From Acidobacteriota bacterium (GTDB taxonomy: Bacteria > Acidobacteriota > UBA6911): DNA of 64,000 nt. Numbering within the stretch: position 1 is the first letter of the stretch; the number at the start of each line of letters is the position of its first letter. The notes below the pieces were generated by a model. It searched no databases, was not told the DNA's origin, and was given only the letters and a program-made list of their open reading frames with translations. Below are positions 27,067-36,814 of the stretch, piece after piece. The DNA lies in contig OY761556.1 in the NCBI GenBank assembly GCA_963664705.1, forward strand, positions 4,320,001 through 4,384,000, given 5' to 3'. The position numbers were made by a program, and so were the translations under genes.

Positions 27067-27576
27067 CTAAATGAACATCTCATCATCCAAAGCAGAACCG
27101 GGGGTTCTCCGGCGCCTTAAAAGGACATCCACGGCAACTCGAAAGGCTCGACTAATCGCACTGAATTCATTAAAGGGGGCAAGTAGATTTCTGCGCAGGA
27201 ACTCAATTGTCTCTTCCGCCTTCTCTGAGGCTGATTGAATCGTGTCCTGAATTTTCAGGATTTCCAGACGAGCGGTGCTGGTGGTTTCGGCGAGGAATGC
27301 ATCCAACTCGGTTACCCGGTCGTGTATGATCTCTGTGGTGACGGCAAGCCTTTCTCTTATCGGCTTTAGCCCTTCCACAAAGTCTCTGACAGTCGATAAA
27401 CTCTCATCCACTTTGGCGGAAACTGCCGCAAAGTTTTTGAGCAGGTCCTTCCCCATCGAGTCAAGCAGCGTACTCATCTGGCGGATGGCCTTATACATTC
27501 CAAAGAAGAGAATGGTCTGGATGACAACCGCAAGGGCCACAACTCCGGTAAATACCGTTAGGAGGGTGTCGTGCAT
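27067..27576 (-). CDS. Membrane-anchored coiled-coil protein (DUF948/YtxG-like)
   Basis: N-terminal TM helix followed by a helical region; follows the YtxH-like gene. Confidence 0.65.
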   Translation of the reverse strand: MHDTLLTVFTGVVALAVVIQTILFFGMYKAIRQMSTLLDSMGKDLLKNFAAVSAKVDESLSTVRDFVEGLKPIRERLAVTTEIIHDRVTELDAFLAETTSTARLEILKIQDTIQSASEKAEETIEFLRRNLLAPFNEFSAISRAFRVAVDVLLRRRRTPGSALDDEMFI

Positions 27577-27582
27577 CTTGAC

Positions 27583-27879
27583 CTATGCTTTCTCTTTTTC
27601 TTCCCGGTATGCCTGTTTGCCTGCCTCGATCGCGGCGGCCAGTGAATCACGCTGCTGCTGCAGAAGCTCTTTACCTCTTTCCACATACTCAGTGGTCTTC
27701 CCTGCAACAGCCTTTGTCCGGTTTGTAACGATGTCGGCGCCCTCGCGGGCCTTGGTCATAATCAGCTTCCGGGTTTCCACTCCGCTGCGTGGGGCAAGAA
27801 GGAGTGCTGTGGCCGCTCCGATGGCCGCACCCAGCATTAAATATAGGGCCTTTTCGCCCACGCTGGTTTCGTCGCTCAT
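27583..27879 (-). CDS. YtxH domain protein
   Basis: LGAAIGAATALLLAPRSGVETRK motif; AGGAG RBS; start trimmed to MSDETS. Confidence 0.85.
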   Translation of the reverse strand: MSDETSVGEKALYLMLGAAIGAATALLLAPRSGVETRKLIMTKAREGADIVTNRTKAVAGKTTEYVERGKELLQQQRDSLAAAIEAGKQAYREEKEKA

Positions 27880-28012
27880 GCTAATTCTCCTCGTAGTTAG
27901 TAGGCATTTTGATAACACGCGCTCGCACCAAAAGTCAAATTCCAAATCCCACCCCAGTACAGCCCATTTGAGCTCAAGACTTGGATCGAGCGGATGCGAT
28001 ATAATGCCTGCC

Positions 28013-28684
28013 ATGCCAACAAAGAAAAACGCCACAACCGAGAATCATCCGGAACGAGTCAAGAAAATCCTGAATGGCTTGGACCGGGCCTTCCCTGACG
28101 CCCAATGTGCCCTCATCCATGCCAATCCGCTGGAACTGCTTATCGCAACGATTCTGTCGGCTCAGTGCACCGACGAGCGCGTTAACATCGTTACGCGGGA
28201 ATTATTCCGGAAGTATCGCAATCCCAAGGATTACGCCAACGCCCCGCGGGAAGAACTGGAAAACGACATCCGCTCAACAGGCTTTTACCACAACAAGGCC
28301 AAGAGCATTCAGGGTGCCTGCCGCCTGATTCTGGACAAATATTCCGGGGTTGTCCCGGATACCATGGAAGAACTGCTCGAGCTTCCCGGCGTTGCCCGCA
28401 AGACGGCTAATGTCGTTCTGGGAGTTGCTTTCGGCAAGGCCGAGGGAATTGTGGTCGATACGCATGTATTCCGCGTCTCCCGACGACTGGACCTGACGCA
28501 ATCCGAGACGCCTGAGCGCATCGAATCGGACCTGATGCAACAGATTCCAAAGAATCGATGGATCGCTTTCTCCCACCAGATGATTCTGCACGGCAGAAAA
28601 ACCTGCAAAGCCAAGAAACCGCTTTGCGCAGAATGCCTTCTGGAAAAGCTATGCAATTCGAAGGAGAAGACGGCCGGCCATTAG
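28013..28684 (+). CDS. nth: Endonuclease III
   Basis: ILSAQCTDERVN, LPGVARKTANVV, VDTHV, C-x6-C-x2-C-x5-C cluster. Confidence 0.95.
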   Translation: MPTKKNATTENHPERVKKILNGLDRAFPDAQCALIHANPLELLIATILSAQCTDERVNIVTRELFRKYRNPKDYANAPREELENDIRSTGFYHNKAKSIQGACRLILDKYSGVVPDTMEELLELPGVARKTANVVLGVAFGKAEGIVVDTHVFRVSRRLDLTQSETPERIESDLMQQIPKNRWIAFSHQMILHGRKTCKAKKPLCAECLLEKLCNSKEKTAGH

Positions 28685-28715
28685 AAAGCTATGGCCAGGA
28701 GCCGCAGATAGCGGG

Positions 28716-30056
28716 CTATCCCAGCAGGAGAATGTGGATATCCATAACGTTGGTGCGCGTGGGACCGGTCACGATTAAATCGCCCAGCTTCTCGAAAAAC
28801 GAATAGGAATCATTGTTCTCAATCGACCGCTGCAGGAACTCCTTTCCCAACCGCTTTGAGCGGACCAGCGTATCATTATCTGCCAGCGCTCCAGCGGCTT
28901 CCGTAGGGCCATCGGTTCCATCGGTCCCCAGGCTCGCAACAACACAGGGAACCGGCAGCTGGGACAGCTGCTGAATGCAGTGCAAAACAAATTCCTGGTT
29001 GCGGCCGCCTTTGCCGGTTCCGGTAACTCGGACGGTGGTTTCACCGCCGCTGATCAAGCAGGCTGGCCGACGCAAGGGGCGGCGCTGAAAGGCAATTTCG
29101 GCAGCCACACTCATGTGAAAACGCGCCGCTTCTGCGGTATCCCCTTCAAGACGGCTGGTAAGGATTTGAGCATGGTATCCGAGCCTTTTCGCAGTCCGCT
29201 GTGCTGAGGCACAGGCTTGCGCGTTGCTGCCGACGACCATGGCGTCGGTATTGGCAAAAACAGCATCTCCCATTTTGGGCGTTTCCGGAATCTCCCCTTC
29301 AGCGCCGCGCTCAAGTCTTGTTCGAATCGCCGGCGGTACCTGGCCAAGAAGCCTGCGTCTTTGAAGAATATTGATGCAGTCCGCAAAGGTAGCCGGATCC
29401 GGAGACATGGGGCCGGAGGCAATAGTCCCCAGATCATCGCCTACCACATCGGAAAGAATCAGGGAAATGACTCTTGCCGGCGCCAGGAGCCGAGCCAGAC
29501 CGCCGCCCTTGATATCCGAGAGATGCTTGCGTATCGCATTCAGCTCGTATATGTCGGCCCCGCTGTTCAGGAGCAATTGCGTGCATCTCAGTTTGTCCTC
29601 AAACGAAATACCGCTGGCGGGAGAAACCAGCAGCGATGAAGCTCCTCCTGAAAGAACACAAAGGACCAGGTCATCCGCGCAAACCTGGTCGCGAATCAGG
29701 GAACCCATCCGTGAAGCTGCCGCTGCGCTGTTGGGATCGGGCAGCGGATGCCCCGCCTCCAAAATATGCAATCTGTCGAGCGGCAAACCGTGGCCGTGTT
29801 TTGTGACGAGAATACCTCCGGACAAATACCGTCCCAGAATCCCGGCGGTGGCGCGCCCCATGGGAGCGCTGGCTTTTCCGGCACCCAAAACCCATACCTT
29901 CCGGAAGGCGCTTAAATCAAGTCGGCGATTGTCTATCTGCAGGATGCTTCCGATGCGGCGGACATGCTCTCGAAGGGCGGATTCCGGATCCACCGCGCGT
30001 ATTGCTGAAGTCCAAATGCGGGCAGCCTCCTTCCGCAGCATCCGGTGTGACTTCAC
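28716..30056 (-). CDS. Glycerate 2-kinase (MOFRL/DUF4147 type)
   Basis: GAGKAS, AGHPLPD, SGGASSL, RKHLS.IKGG, SGGETTV, GGRNQE, TDGTDG, TGPTRTNVMD. Confidence 0.9.
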   Translation of the reverse strand: MKSHRMLRKEAARIWTSAIRAVDPESALREHVRRIGSILQIDNRRLDLSAFRKVWVLGAGKASAPMGRATAGILGRYLSGGILVTKHGHGLPLDRLHILEAGHPLPDPNSAAAASRMGSLIRDQVCADDLVLCVLSGGASSLLVSPASGISFEDKLRCTQLLLNSGADIYELNAIRKHLSDIKGGGLARLLAPARVISLILSDVVGDDLGTIASGPMSPDPATFADCINILQRRRLLGQVPPAIRTRLERGAEGEIPETPKMGDAVFANTDAMVVGSNAQACASAQRTAKRLGYHAQILTSRLEGDTAEAARFHMSVAAEIAFQRRPLRRPACLISGGETTVRVTGTGKGGRNQEFVLHCIQQLSQLPVPCVVASLGTDGTDGPTEAAGALADNDTLVRSKRLGKEFLQRSIENNDSYSFFEKLGDLIVTGPTRTNVMDIHILLLG

Positions 30057-31096
30057 GGTGTACCCTGGTCAGGTTTGTTCAGATTCCGGAAAACCCTGTC
30101 ATACAGGTCGACGAAAACGCTGACAACCTGCGGGTCAAATTGCGAGGCGGAGCATCGAGTCAATTCCCTGAGGGCATCCTGGGGAGAACGCGGGAGACGG
30201 TAGGGTCGCCCCATGGTGATGGCATCAAAAGCCTCCGCAACGGCAATAACGCGTGCGCCCAGGGGAATCAGGTTGCCTTTAAGACGTCCAGGGTAGCCGG
30301 TTCCGTCGTATCGTTCTCTATTGTGTCGGATAGCCTTTAAAACCTCCTCATCATCCATGATCAATCGCAACAGTTCATCTGCCATCGCAGTGCGCTCTTG
30401 AATATGCCGCTGCTCTTCCGTGGTTAATGCACCCTGCTTGTTCAAGAGCATATCCTCCACAAGAATCATCCCCACATCATGCAGAAGAGCGGCCAGGTAG
30501 ACTTTACGAACGCCGTCATCGGTCATTCGCAGCTCACGGGCTACATATCGGGCTTTCTCGGCAACCCGCAGCGAGTGGCCTTCATTGAACGGGATCTTGC
30601 GGTCGAGCAGCTGAATGAAAACCTGGGTCATCGAATAAAACAGACGACGCGTCTCGGCTGCCCGTTCATCAGCCATCAGTTGCAGATGATGCTGGTATTC
30701 CCGATTGGCGTTCTCCAGACGCCTTTTATCCAAGGCGCGGTTGGCGGAGATGAGAACCTGTTCGAGGTTGAACGGCTTAATAATGTAATCGTACGCGCCC
30801 AAACGCATACTCTCGATAGCCGTGCTCGCATTGTCCACAGCCGTGATCATGACCGCGACAACATCAGGATAAGCCGCCTTTATCTCCTGGAGCAGCTCCG
30901 TCCCCGGTTTGCCGGGCATACGGATATCCGTAAAAACGAGGTCGAATTCGCGGTCGGCCAGCGAGGTGAGGGCCAGTTCTGCATTTCCTACGGCCAGGCA
31001 GTCGTAGCCTGCGTCTTCAAGCGTGGATTTCAGTATCTCCTGGATGTAAACCTCATCATCCACAATCAGAACTTGTCCCTTTTTGGCGTTTGTCAT
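30053..31096 (-). CDS. Response regulator with HD-GYP domain (RpfG-like, degenerate motifs)
   Basis: Receiver LIVDDE/TDIRMP/KPF; HSLRV, LLHDVG, DGTGYP, RPYR, QFDP. Confidence 0.85.
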   Translation of the reverse strand: MTNAKKGQVLIVDDEVYIQEILKSTLEDAGYDCLAVGNAELALTSLADREFDLVFTDIRMPGKPGTELLQEIKAAYPDVVAVMITAVDNASTAIESMRLGAYDYIIKPFNLEQVLISANRALDKRRLENANREYQHHLQLMADERAAETRRLFYSMTQVFIQLLDRKIPFNEGHSLRVAEKARYVARELRMTDDGVRKVYLAALLHDVGMILVEDMLLNKQGALTTEEQRHIQERTAMADELLRLIMDDEEVLKAIRHNRERYDGTGYPGRLKGNLIPLGARVIAVAEAFDAITMGRPYRLPRSPQDALRELTRCSASQFDPQVVSVFVDLYDRVFRNLNKPDQGTP

Positions 31097-31188
31097 AAAG
31101 TCCCACCCGGGCATGCGATGCATCAAAGTGTTGACAGGATCCCGCCTCCATAGCAAGATCTACTCTCGCACACAATTGAGGAGCCTCG

Positions 31189-31386
31189 ATGCAAGAGAAG
31201 TTTGCCAGTTTCAGGGAAGCGTGCAACTACAAGGTAAACGAAAAAACGCATGAGTGCGGCGACTGCCGTTTTTTCATATCCGAGGAGCAATTCCTGAATG
31301 CTCCGAGCAACTGGGGGACATGCCCTCACCACTCTCATGCCTTTATCAAATACCGTCGTGCGTGTTATTCCTTCGAAAAACGCTAG
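31189..31386 (+). CDS. Small Cys-rich protein with HiPIP-like spacing (65 aa)
   Basis: GAGGAG RBS; C-x2-C-x18-C-x13-C. Confidence 0.65.
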   Translation: MQEKFASFREACNYKVNEKTHECGDCRFFISEEQFLNAPSNWGTCPHHSHAFIKYRRACYSFEKR

Positions 31387-31533
31387 TTGCTCTTATATCA
31401 CGAAAGCCGGGGAACGCTCCCCTGTTTTTGCCAATAGCCGGAATCCAGGGTCAGGAGCCATAATCCTGCCGTGACGGGATAACTTTTTGTCTGCAGTCCC
31501 GCGCTGCCGCTATAGCCGCAACACCTGCCATCT

Positions 31534-32772
31534 TCATTCGCCCGTTCTGTCGGTAATGGCGTCTGCCACGATGTTTGCAATCACCGCTCGAAGGTGATTC
31601 AGGTCCTTGCCCCCATCCGGATGCACGCGGTTGCTCAATATAATCACAAATGTTTCACTGGAAGGGTGTATCCAAATGGAAGTGCCGGTGAAACCACTGT
31701 GTCCATAGCCGCCGCGGAACAAATCACCTCTTGGCGCGGAGTAGGCGGAATCAATATCCCAGCCCAGTCCCCGAATCTGCGGCGCTCCCGCGGGAGATTG
31801 CGGATTGGTCATCGCATCCACCGCCAGTGGAGAAAGCAGACGCGTTCCTTGATACGTCCCCTTTCCAAGAAGCATCTGCGCGTAGATCGCCAGGTCCTGG
31901 GCTGTCGAAAACAGCCCGGCATGGCCGGCGACACCACCCATTTTCCAGGCAGTAGGGTCATGAACCTCGCCGCGCACCATTTTATCCATGGATTCGGACG
32001 CCTGGCCCTTCAGGTATTGCAGAGTGTTCTTCCTTGGTTCCGTGGGAGCAATGCGCGCGATGAGATGCGCCGGCGGCCGAAAGCCAGTATCTTTCATCCC
32101 CAGGGGGCGGAAGATCTGCTCTTGTGCAAACGTATCCAGCGACTTCCCGGAAACGGCCCGCACAATTTCTCCCAGGGCAATGAAATTCAGATCGCTATAG
32201 GCAAATTCCTTCCCCGGTTCGGTAACTGTTTTTTCCTTCCAGAGTTCCTGCAGCGCCTCTGATCTTCCGGACCAGGGTTTGGAGAGATCAAAATCCGGCA
32301 CCAGCCCGGAGTAGTGCGTAAGCAGTTGCCGTACGGTAATCGAATCCTTTCCGCCCCCCGAGAAGTCCGGGAGATATCGCTTGACCCGATCCTCAATCCT
32401 GAGCCTGCCGCTTTCAACAAGCAGCATGACGGATGGCGTCGTGGCCGTCACCTTTGTCAGTGAAGAAATATCAAAGATCGTATCCACCGTCATTGGTTCG
32501 ATTTTGGGTTGAACCGACCGGTTGCCGAATGCCTTGAGATAGGCAATCTGGCCATGCCTGGCCACCAGCACAACCGCGCCGGGGATCTCATGGGCGCCCA
32601 TGGATTCCATGACTGCATCATCAATGTATTTCAATCGCGAGGACAGAAGCCCCGCAGATTCCGGAGTAGCCGGAACAAGACCTCTGCGCGGACTCTCCGC
32701 GGATCGCGACGGTGCCGCAAAAGGAATGGTGGCGACGACAAATATCAGGCAGCAAACGTAGAAAATTCGCAT
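31534..32772 (-). CDS. Secreted serine hydrolase, beta-lactamase class C family
   Basis: Signal peptide, SSLTK (SxxK), LLTHYSG, YSD, GHAGLFS, GHSGFTG. Confidence 0.88.
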   Translation of the reverse strand: MRIFYVCCLIFVVATIPFAAPSRSAESPRRGLVPATPESAGLLSSRLKYIDDAVMESMGAHEIPGAVVLVARHGQIAYLKAFGNRSVQPKIEPMTVDTIFDISSLTKVTATTPSVMLLVESGRLRIEDRVKRYLPDFSGGGKDSITVRQLLTHYSGLVPDFDLSKPWSGRSEALQELWKEKTVTEPGKEFAYSDLNFIALGEIVRAVSGKSLDTFAQEQIFRPLGMKDTGFRPPAHLIARIAPTEPRKNTLQYLKGQASESMDKMVRGEVHDPTAWKMGGVAGHAGLFSTAQDLAIYAQMLLGKGTYQGTRLLSPLAVDAMTNPQSPAGAPQIRGLGWDIDSAYSAPRGDLFRGGYGHSGFTGTSIWIHPSSETFVIILSNRVHPDGGKDLNHLRAVIANIVADAITDRTGE

Positions 32773-32890
32773 AGACAAACTCTCGGGACTCTGCATATTA
32801 TCAGATTCTTGGCACTTCTGCGCCCTCCGCAGATGTATTAGACTTCATGGTCCTGGAAAGAACAAATCATAAACCCAAAGGCGGCTCCTG

Positions 32891-34060
32891 ATGAATTCAT
32901 TTCGCGGCGTAGATTTTTATCAAATGGATGAGCTCCTTTCCGACGTCGAACGCATGGCACGCGATACGATTCGGGAGTGGATCAGCGATAAAGCCGTCCC
33001 AATCATGGGCCATCATTTCGAAGAGGGCACTTTCCCTATGCCCCTTATCCCGGAGATGGCGGAACTGAGCGTTTTCGGAGCCAATTTACCCGAAGAATAC
33101 GGGTGCGCCGGAATGAATAACATGGCCTACGGGTTGCTCATGCAGGAACTGGAGCGCGGTGACAGCGGTCTCCGCAGCTTTGCTTCCGTTCAGGGAGCCC
33201 TCGTCATGTACCCGATATTCGCATTCGGGTCGGAGGATCAGAAGCGCTATTGGCTCCCGAAGCTGGCCAAAGGGGAAAAGATAGGCTGCTTCGGACTTAC
33301 CGAGCCGGATCACGGCTCCGACCCGGGCAACATGAGCACGCGCGCGGCAAGAAAAGGGAGCCGCTACATTCTGAATGGAGCCAAAGCCTGGATTACAAAC
33401 GGCACCATCGCAGATGTCGCAGTCGTCTGGGCGAAGCTTTCCGGCGAGGTCCGTGGATTTCTTGTAGAGAAAGGGACTCCCGGCTTTTCCGCTCCTGAGA
33501 TCAAACACAAAATGTCACTGCGGGCCTCCATCACATCCCAGCTCGTGTTTGAGGATTGCTCTATTCCTGAAGAAAATCTGCTGCCGAAATCGGCCGGGCT
33601 CATGTCGCCATTGATGTGCCTGAACCAGGCGCGCTATGGAATCGCATGGGGCGTGCTTGGAGCGGCCATGGCCTGTTATCAGGCCGCACTGGAATATTCG
33701 CAGGCACGGATACAATTCGATCGCCCTATTGGCGGGTTTCAGCTGGTCCAGGAAAAACTCGTCGACATGCTGACGGAAATTACAAAAGGTCAGCTCCTTG
33801 CTTTCCGCCTTGCGAAACTAAAGGATGAAGGCAAAATCGAACCCGCACAGGTGTCTTTGGCAAAGCGCAACAATTGCGCCATGGCGCTGGACATCGCGCG
33901 CAATGCACGCGACATTCTGGGCGCCAACGGCATCAGTCTGGAGTATCCGGTTATCCGTCACATGTGTAACCTGGAAGCCGTGAAAACTTATGAAGGAACG
34001 CATGATATCCACACGCTGGTTCTGGGGCAAACCATTACCGGGCTGAATGCATTCAGATAG
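32891..34060 (+). CDS. Acyl-CoA dehydrogenase, glutaryl-CoA dehydrogenase-like
   Basis: ELERGDSGLRS, GCFGLTEPDHGSDP, KAWITNG, GANGISLEYPV, TYEGTHDIH. Confidence 0.88.
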   Translation: MNSFRGVDFYQMDELLSDVERMARDTIREWISDKAVPIMGHHFEEGTFPMPLIPEMAELSVFGANLPEEYGCAGMNNMAYGLLMQELERGDSGLRSFASVQGALVMYPIFAFGSEDQKRYWLPKLAKGEKIGCFGLTEPDHGSDPGNMSTRAARKGSRYILNGAKAWITNGTIADVAVVWAKLSGEVRGFLVEKGTPGFSAPEIKHKMSLRASITSQLVFEDCSIPEENLLPKSAGLMSPLMCLNQARYGIAWGVLGAAMACYQAALEYSQARIQFDRPIGGFQLVQEKLVDMLTEITKGQLLAFRLAKLKDEGKIEPAQVSLAKRNNCAMALDIARNARDILGANGISLEYPVIRHMCNLEAVKTYEGTHDIHTLVLGQTITGLNAFR

Positions 34061-34065
34061 CGGGG

Positions 34066-34100
34066 GATTCCAGATTTCAGATTTCAGATTTCAGATTGCG
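34066..34100 (+). repeat. GATTTCA heptamer tandem array
   Basis: gattcca gatttca gatttca gatttca gattgcg between convergent genes, overlapping the glgA stop codon. Confidence 0.85.
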
Positions 34101-35623
34101 ATGGATTTAGAATCCGCGATTGCGCGGTAGAGCTTCATATATTCTTCCGCAGATCTTTCCCAGGACCAATCCTGAGACATGGCGCGAATCCGCAATTTAT
34201 TCCACTGATCCGGGTTTGCATATGCGGCAAGCGCCCGTCGGATGGCCGCCAGCATCTCGCGCGGCGTATATCCGGAGAAACAGAAGCCGGTGCCATTTCC
34301 GGAATCAGCGTCAATCACGGTATCGGCCAGTCCTCCAGTCGCACGCACAATCGGAACGGTCCCATAGCGAAGGCTGTAGAGCTGATTGAGCCCGCAAGGC
34401 TCGAACCTGGAAGGCATGAGAAACATGTCGCAGCCGGCCTCTATCTGATGGGCCAATTGGTTATCAAAGGACAGGCGCAAGCCGATTTTCTTGGGATATT
34501 TCGAGGCAACCCGTCCCAAAAGATCATGGTACTTCTGCTGCCCGGTGCCGAGAATTACGAGCTGCAGGTCCAGAGATGCGATTTCATCCACCGCTTCTGC
34601 AATAAGATCAAAGCCCTTTTGATCCGCAAGCCGGGAGACAATTCCAATGATTGGCGTCCTGTCCTGATTGATTGGCAATCCAAAACGCTGCTGCACATGT
34701 GTTTTGCATTTTGCCTTGCCGGAGAAATCCCGTTTCGAATACTGCGCAGGAATGAGCGGATCCATGCCCGGATCCCATTCATCATAGTCGATCCCATTGA
34801 TGATGCCGTTCAGGTCCTCTTCCCGGTTATGTAAAACGCCCTCCAAACCCATTCCGAACTCATGATTCGTCCGGATTTCCATGGCATAGGTTTGGCTGAC
34901 CGTATTTATCTTATCCGAAAGCTCAATCCCGGCTTTCATGAAATTGACCTGGCCCCAGTATTCAAAAGGGGAGGCGGGATAGAATTGCGCTGGATCGATA
35001 CCTGCGTAGGCAAGCGATTCCACCGGATAGAGTCCCTGGTACGCTATGTTGTGGATTGTCAGCAGCGTTCCCGCTTTCGCAAAGAGTGAATCATCCCGGT
35101 AATTCAGCTTCATCATTCCTGGAATAAGGGCTGCATGCGAATCGTGGCAGTGAATGATGTCGATTGGATTTCCAAGTCTTCGGAGCAGTTCAATCCCCGA
35201 CCTCATCAGGAAGATGAACCGCTGCATGTTATCGGTGTAGCCTTCTTTTGTAGTGGGGTCATCGTACACGCCATCCCGATCGAAATATCTGGAAGATCCA
35301 ACCAGATATACATCCACCGGCGAATCCGGAATCCTGCCCTGGAATATACGGGCACGTTCGGTCAGGAGGCCGAGCGGAACCTCAAACTCCGGGACGGAGG
35401 CACAGGGGGTGATGCGAAATTTGTGTTTATCAATGGAACGATAGGCTGGAATGATAACGATCGGATTTGCTCCGGCCTTTTTCAGGGCTTTCGGCAGGGC
35501 ACCGACCACATCTCCAAGCCCTCCCACCTTGACGAAAGGAGCAGCCTCTGCGGCGATCATGGCTATATTCAGCTTGGACTGGGGTCTGCTCATTGCTGAA
35601 GGCTTCATGTTTTTCGTTTTCAT
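34091..35623 (-). CDS. glgA: Glycogen synthase
   Basis: KVGGLGDV, HCHD, TIHNIAYQG, SRLADQKG, PSRFEPCGLNQLY, TGGLADTV. Confidence 0.95.
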   Translation of the reverse strand: MKTKNMKPSAMSRPQSKLNIAMIAAEAAPFVKVGGLGDVVGALPKALKKAGANPIVIIPAYRSIDKHKFRITPCASVPEFEVPLGLLTERARIFQGRIPDSPVDVYLVGSSRYFDRDGVYDDPTTKEGYTDNMQRFIFLMRSGIELLRRLGNPIDIIHCHDSHAALIPGMMKLNYRDDSLFAKAGTLLTIHNIAYQGLYPVESLAYAGIDPAQFYPASPFEYWGQVNFMKAGIELSDKINTVSQTYAMEIRTNHEFGMGLEGVLHNREEDLNGIINGIDYDEWDPGMDPLIPAQYSKRDFSGKAKCKTHVQQRFGLPINQDRTPIIGIVSRLADQKGFDLIAEAVDEIASLDLQLVILGTGQQKYHDLLGRVASKYPKKIGLRLSFDNQLAHQIEAGCDMFLMPSRFEPCGLNQLYSLRYGTVPIVRATGGLADTVIDADSGNGTGFCFSGYTPREMLAAIRRALAAYANPDQWNKLRIRAMSQDWSWERSAEEYMKLYRAIADSKSIAI

Positions 35624-35719
35624 TCTATTGTGGATTGGAGACTATGGATCATGGCATGAAGCTCTGTCCGAAGACTTGCCATCCGCAATTCACAGTCCAC
35701 ATTCTGCAATAATATTTGC

Positions 35720-36745
35720 TCACAATTCCGTGTCGCGCAGATATTTCGCGGCGTCTTCGGGTGCCGTGGGGTTGATATAAAAGCCGGTCCCCCACTCGAA
35801 TCCTGCGACTTGAGTCAGCCGTGGAATGAATTCGATGTGCCAGTGATAATCCAGCTCGATCGTTTCCCAATCCGAACCGTGCTTATGCCGAGCCTGCACA
35901 TTCGGGATGGTGTGGATCACAAAATTGTAGGGTGGGTCCTTGAGACATTTCTTGATACGCAGGAGGACATCTTTTAGTACAGCGGCCAGGTGATAAAGAA
36001 GATCGTCGCTGGCCTCTGCAAAACTGTGATGATGGTGCCGTGGAGCTATAAATAATTCGAATGGGAAGCGGGAAGCAAAGGGCGTAAGGACAACAAACTG
36101 ATCGCCGGCGGTCACAACACGATGCCCCGAATCGAGTTCCTGATTGATTAGATCGCAGAAAAGGCACCGCTCCTTATCGCGGTAGTGCTCCTTGGCGGAA
36201 TCCAACTCTTCCACCAGTGTCAACGGAGTCACAGGAGTGGCAATCAACTGTGTGTGCGAGTGCGCCAGGGAAGCCCCGGCTGCGGCGCCATGATTTTTAA
36301 ATATCAGGACATATTTGAATCGTTGATCGCGCAGCAGATCCGTGAGACGTTCCCGATACATCCGCAAAATTTTATGGATATGATCGATCGGCGCATCGGC
36401 CAGGTGAAGCGAGTGGCTGGGAGTCTCGATGATGACTTCGTGCGCTCCGACTCCATTCATGCGATCATAGGCGCCAAGTCCCTTGCGATCCAGGCCTCCT
36501 TCGATCCGGAGTGCCGGGAATTTGTTGGGAACAACACGGACTTCCCATCCGGGCTGATTGGGTCCGCTGCCATTTCGGATTGCCGTTATTTCCGGCGGAG
36601 TCTTGCTCTCATTCCCTTCGCAGAATGGGCAGAATCCATCCGGCGGCACGGCTTCAGTGCGCGGAAAGTCATCCGGGCGACGTCCCCGTTCGGTGGCGAT
36701 AATAACCCAACGTTTCTGGATTGGATCGTGTCGTAGTTCAGGCAT
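35720..36745 (-). CDS. galT: GalT-family hexose-1-phosphate nucleotidyltransferase
   Basis: ELRHDP, CPFC, NKFPAL, GASLAHSHTQ (HxHxQ), CLFCD, HWHIE, AGFEWG. Confidence 0.85.
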   Translation of the reverse strand: MPELRHDPIQKRWVIIATERGRRPDDFPRTEAVPPDGFCPFCEGNESKTPPEITAIRNGSGPNQPGWEVRVVPNKFPALRIEGGLDRKGLGAYDRMNGVGAHEVIIETPSHSLHLADAPIDHIHKILRMYRERLTDLLRDQRFKYVLIFKNHGAAAGASLAHSHTQLIATPVTPLTLVEELDSAKEHYRDKERCLFCDLINQELDSGHRVVTAGDQFVVLTPFASRFPFELFIAPRHHHHSFAEASDDLLYHLAAVLKDVLLRIKKCLKDPPYNFVIHTIPNVQARHKHGSDWETIELDYHWHIEFIPRLTQVAGFEWGTGFYINPTAPEDAAKYLRDTEL

Positions 36746-36814
36746 ACATGAAAAGCATCGGGATTACCAGGGCATCACAACAATGCGATTGCCTCCGCTA
36801 AAGCTCGGATCCTA

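Noticed and set aside
27275-28012. Long N-terminal extension of the nth ORF
   Set aside because: It is the antisense of the YtxH and DUF948-like genes; Nth homology starts near 28013.
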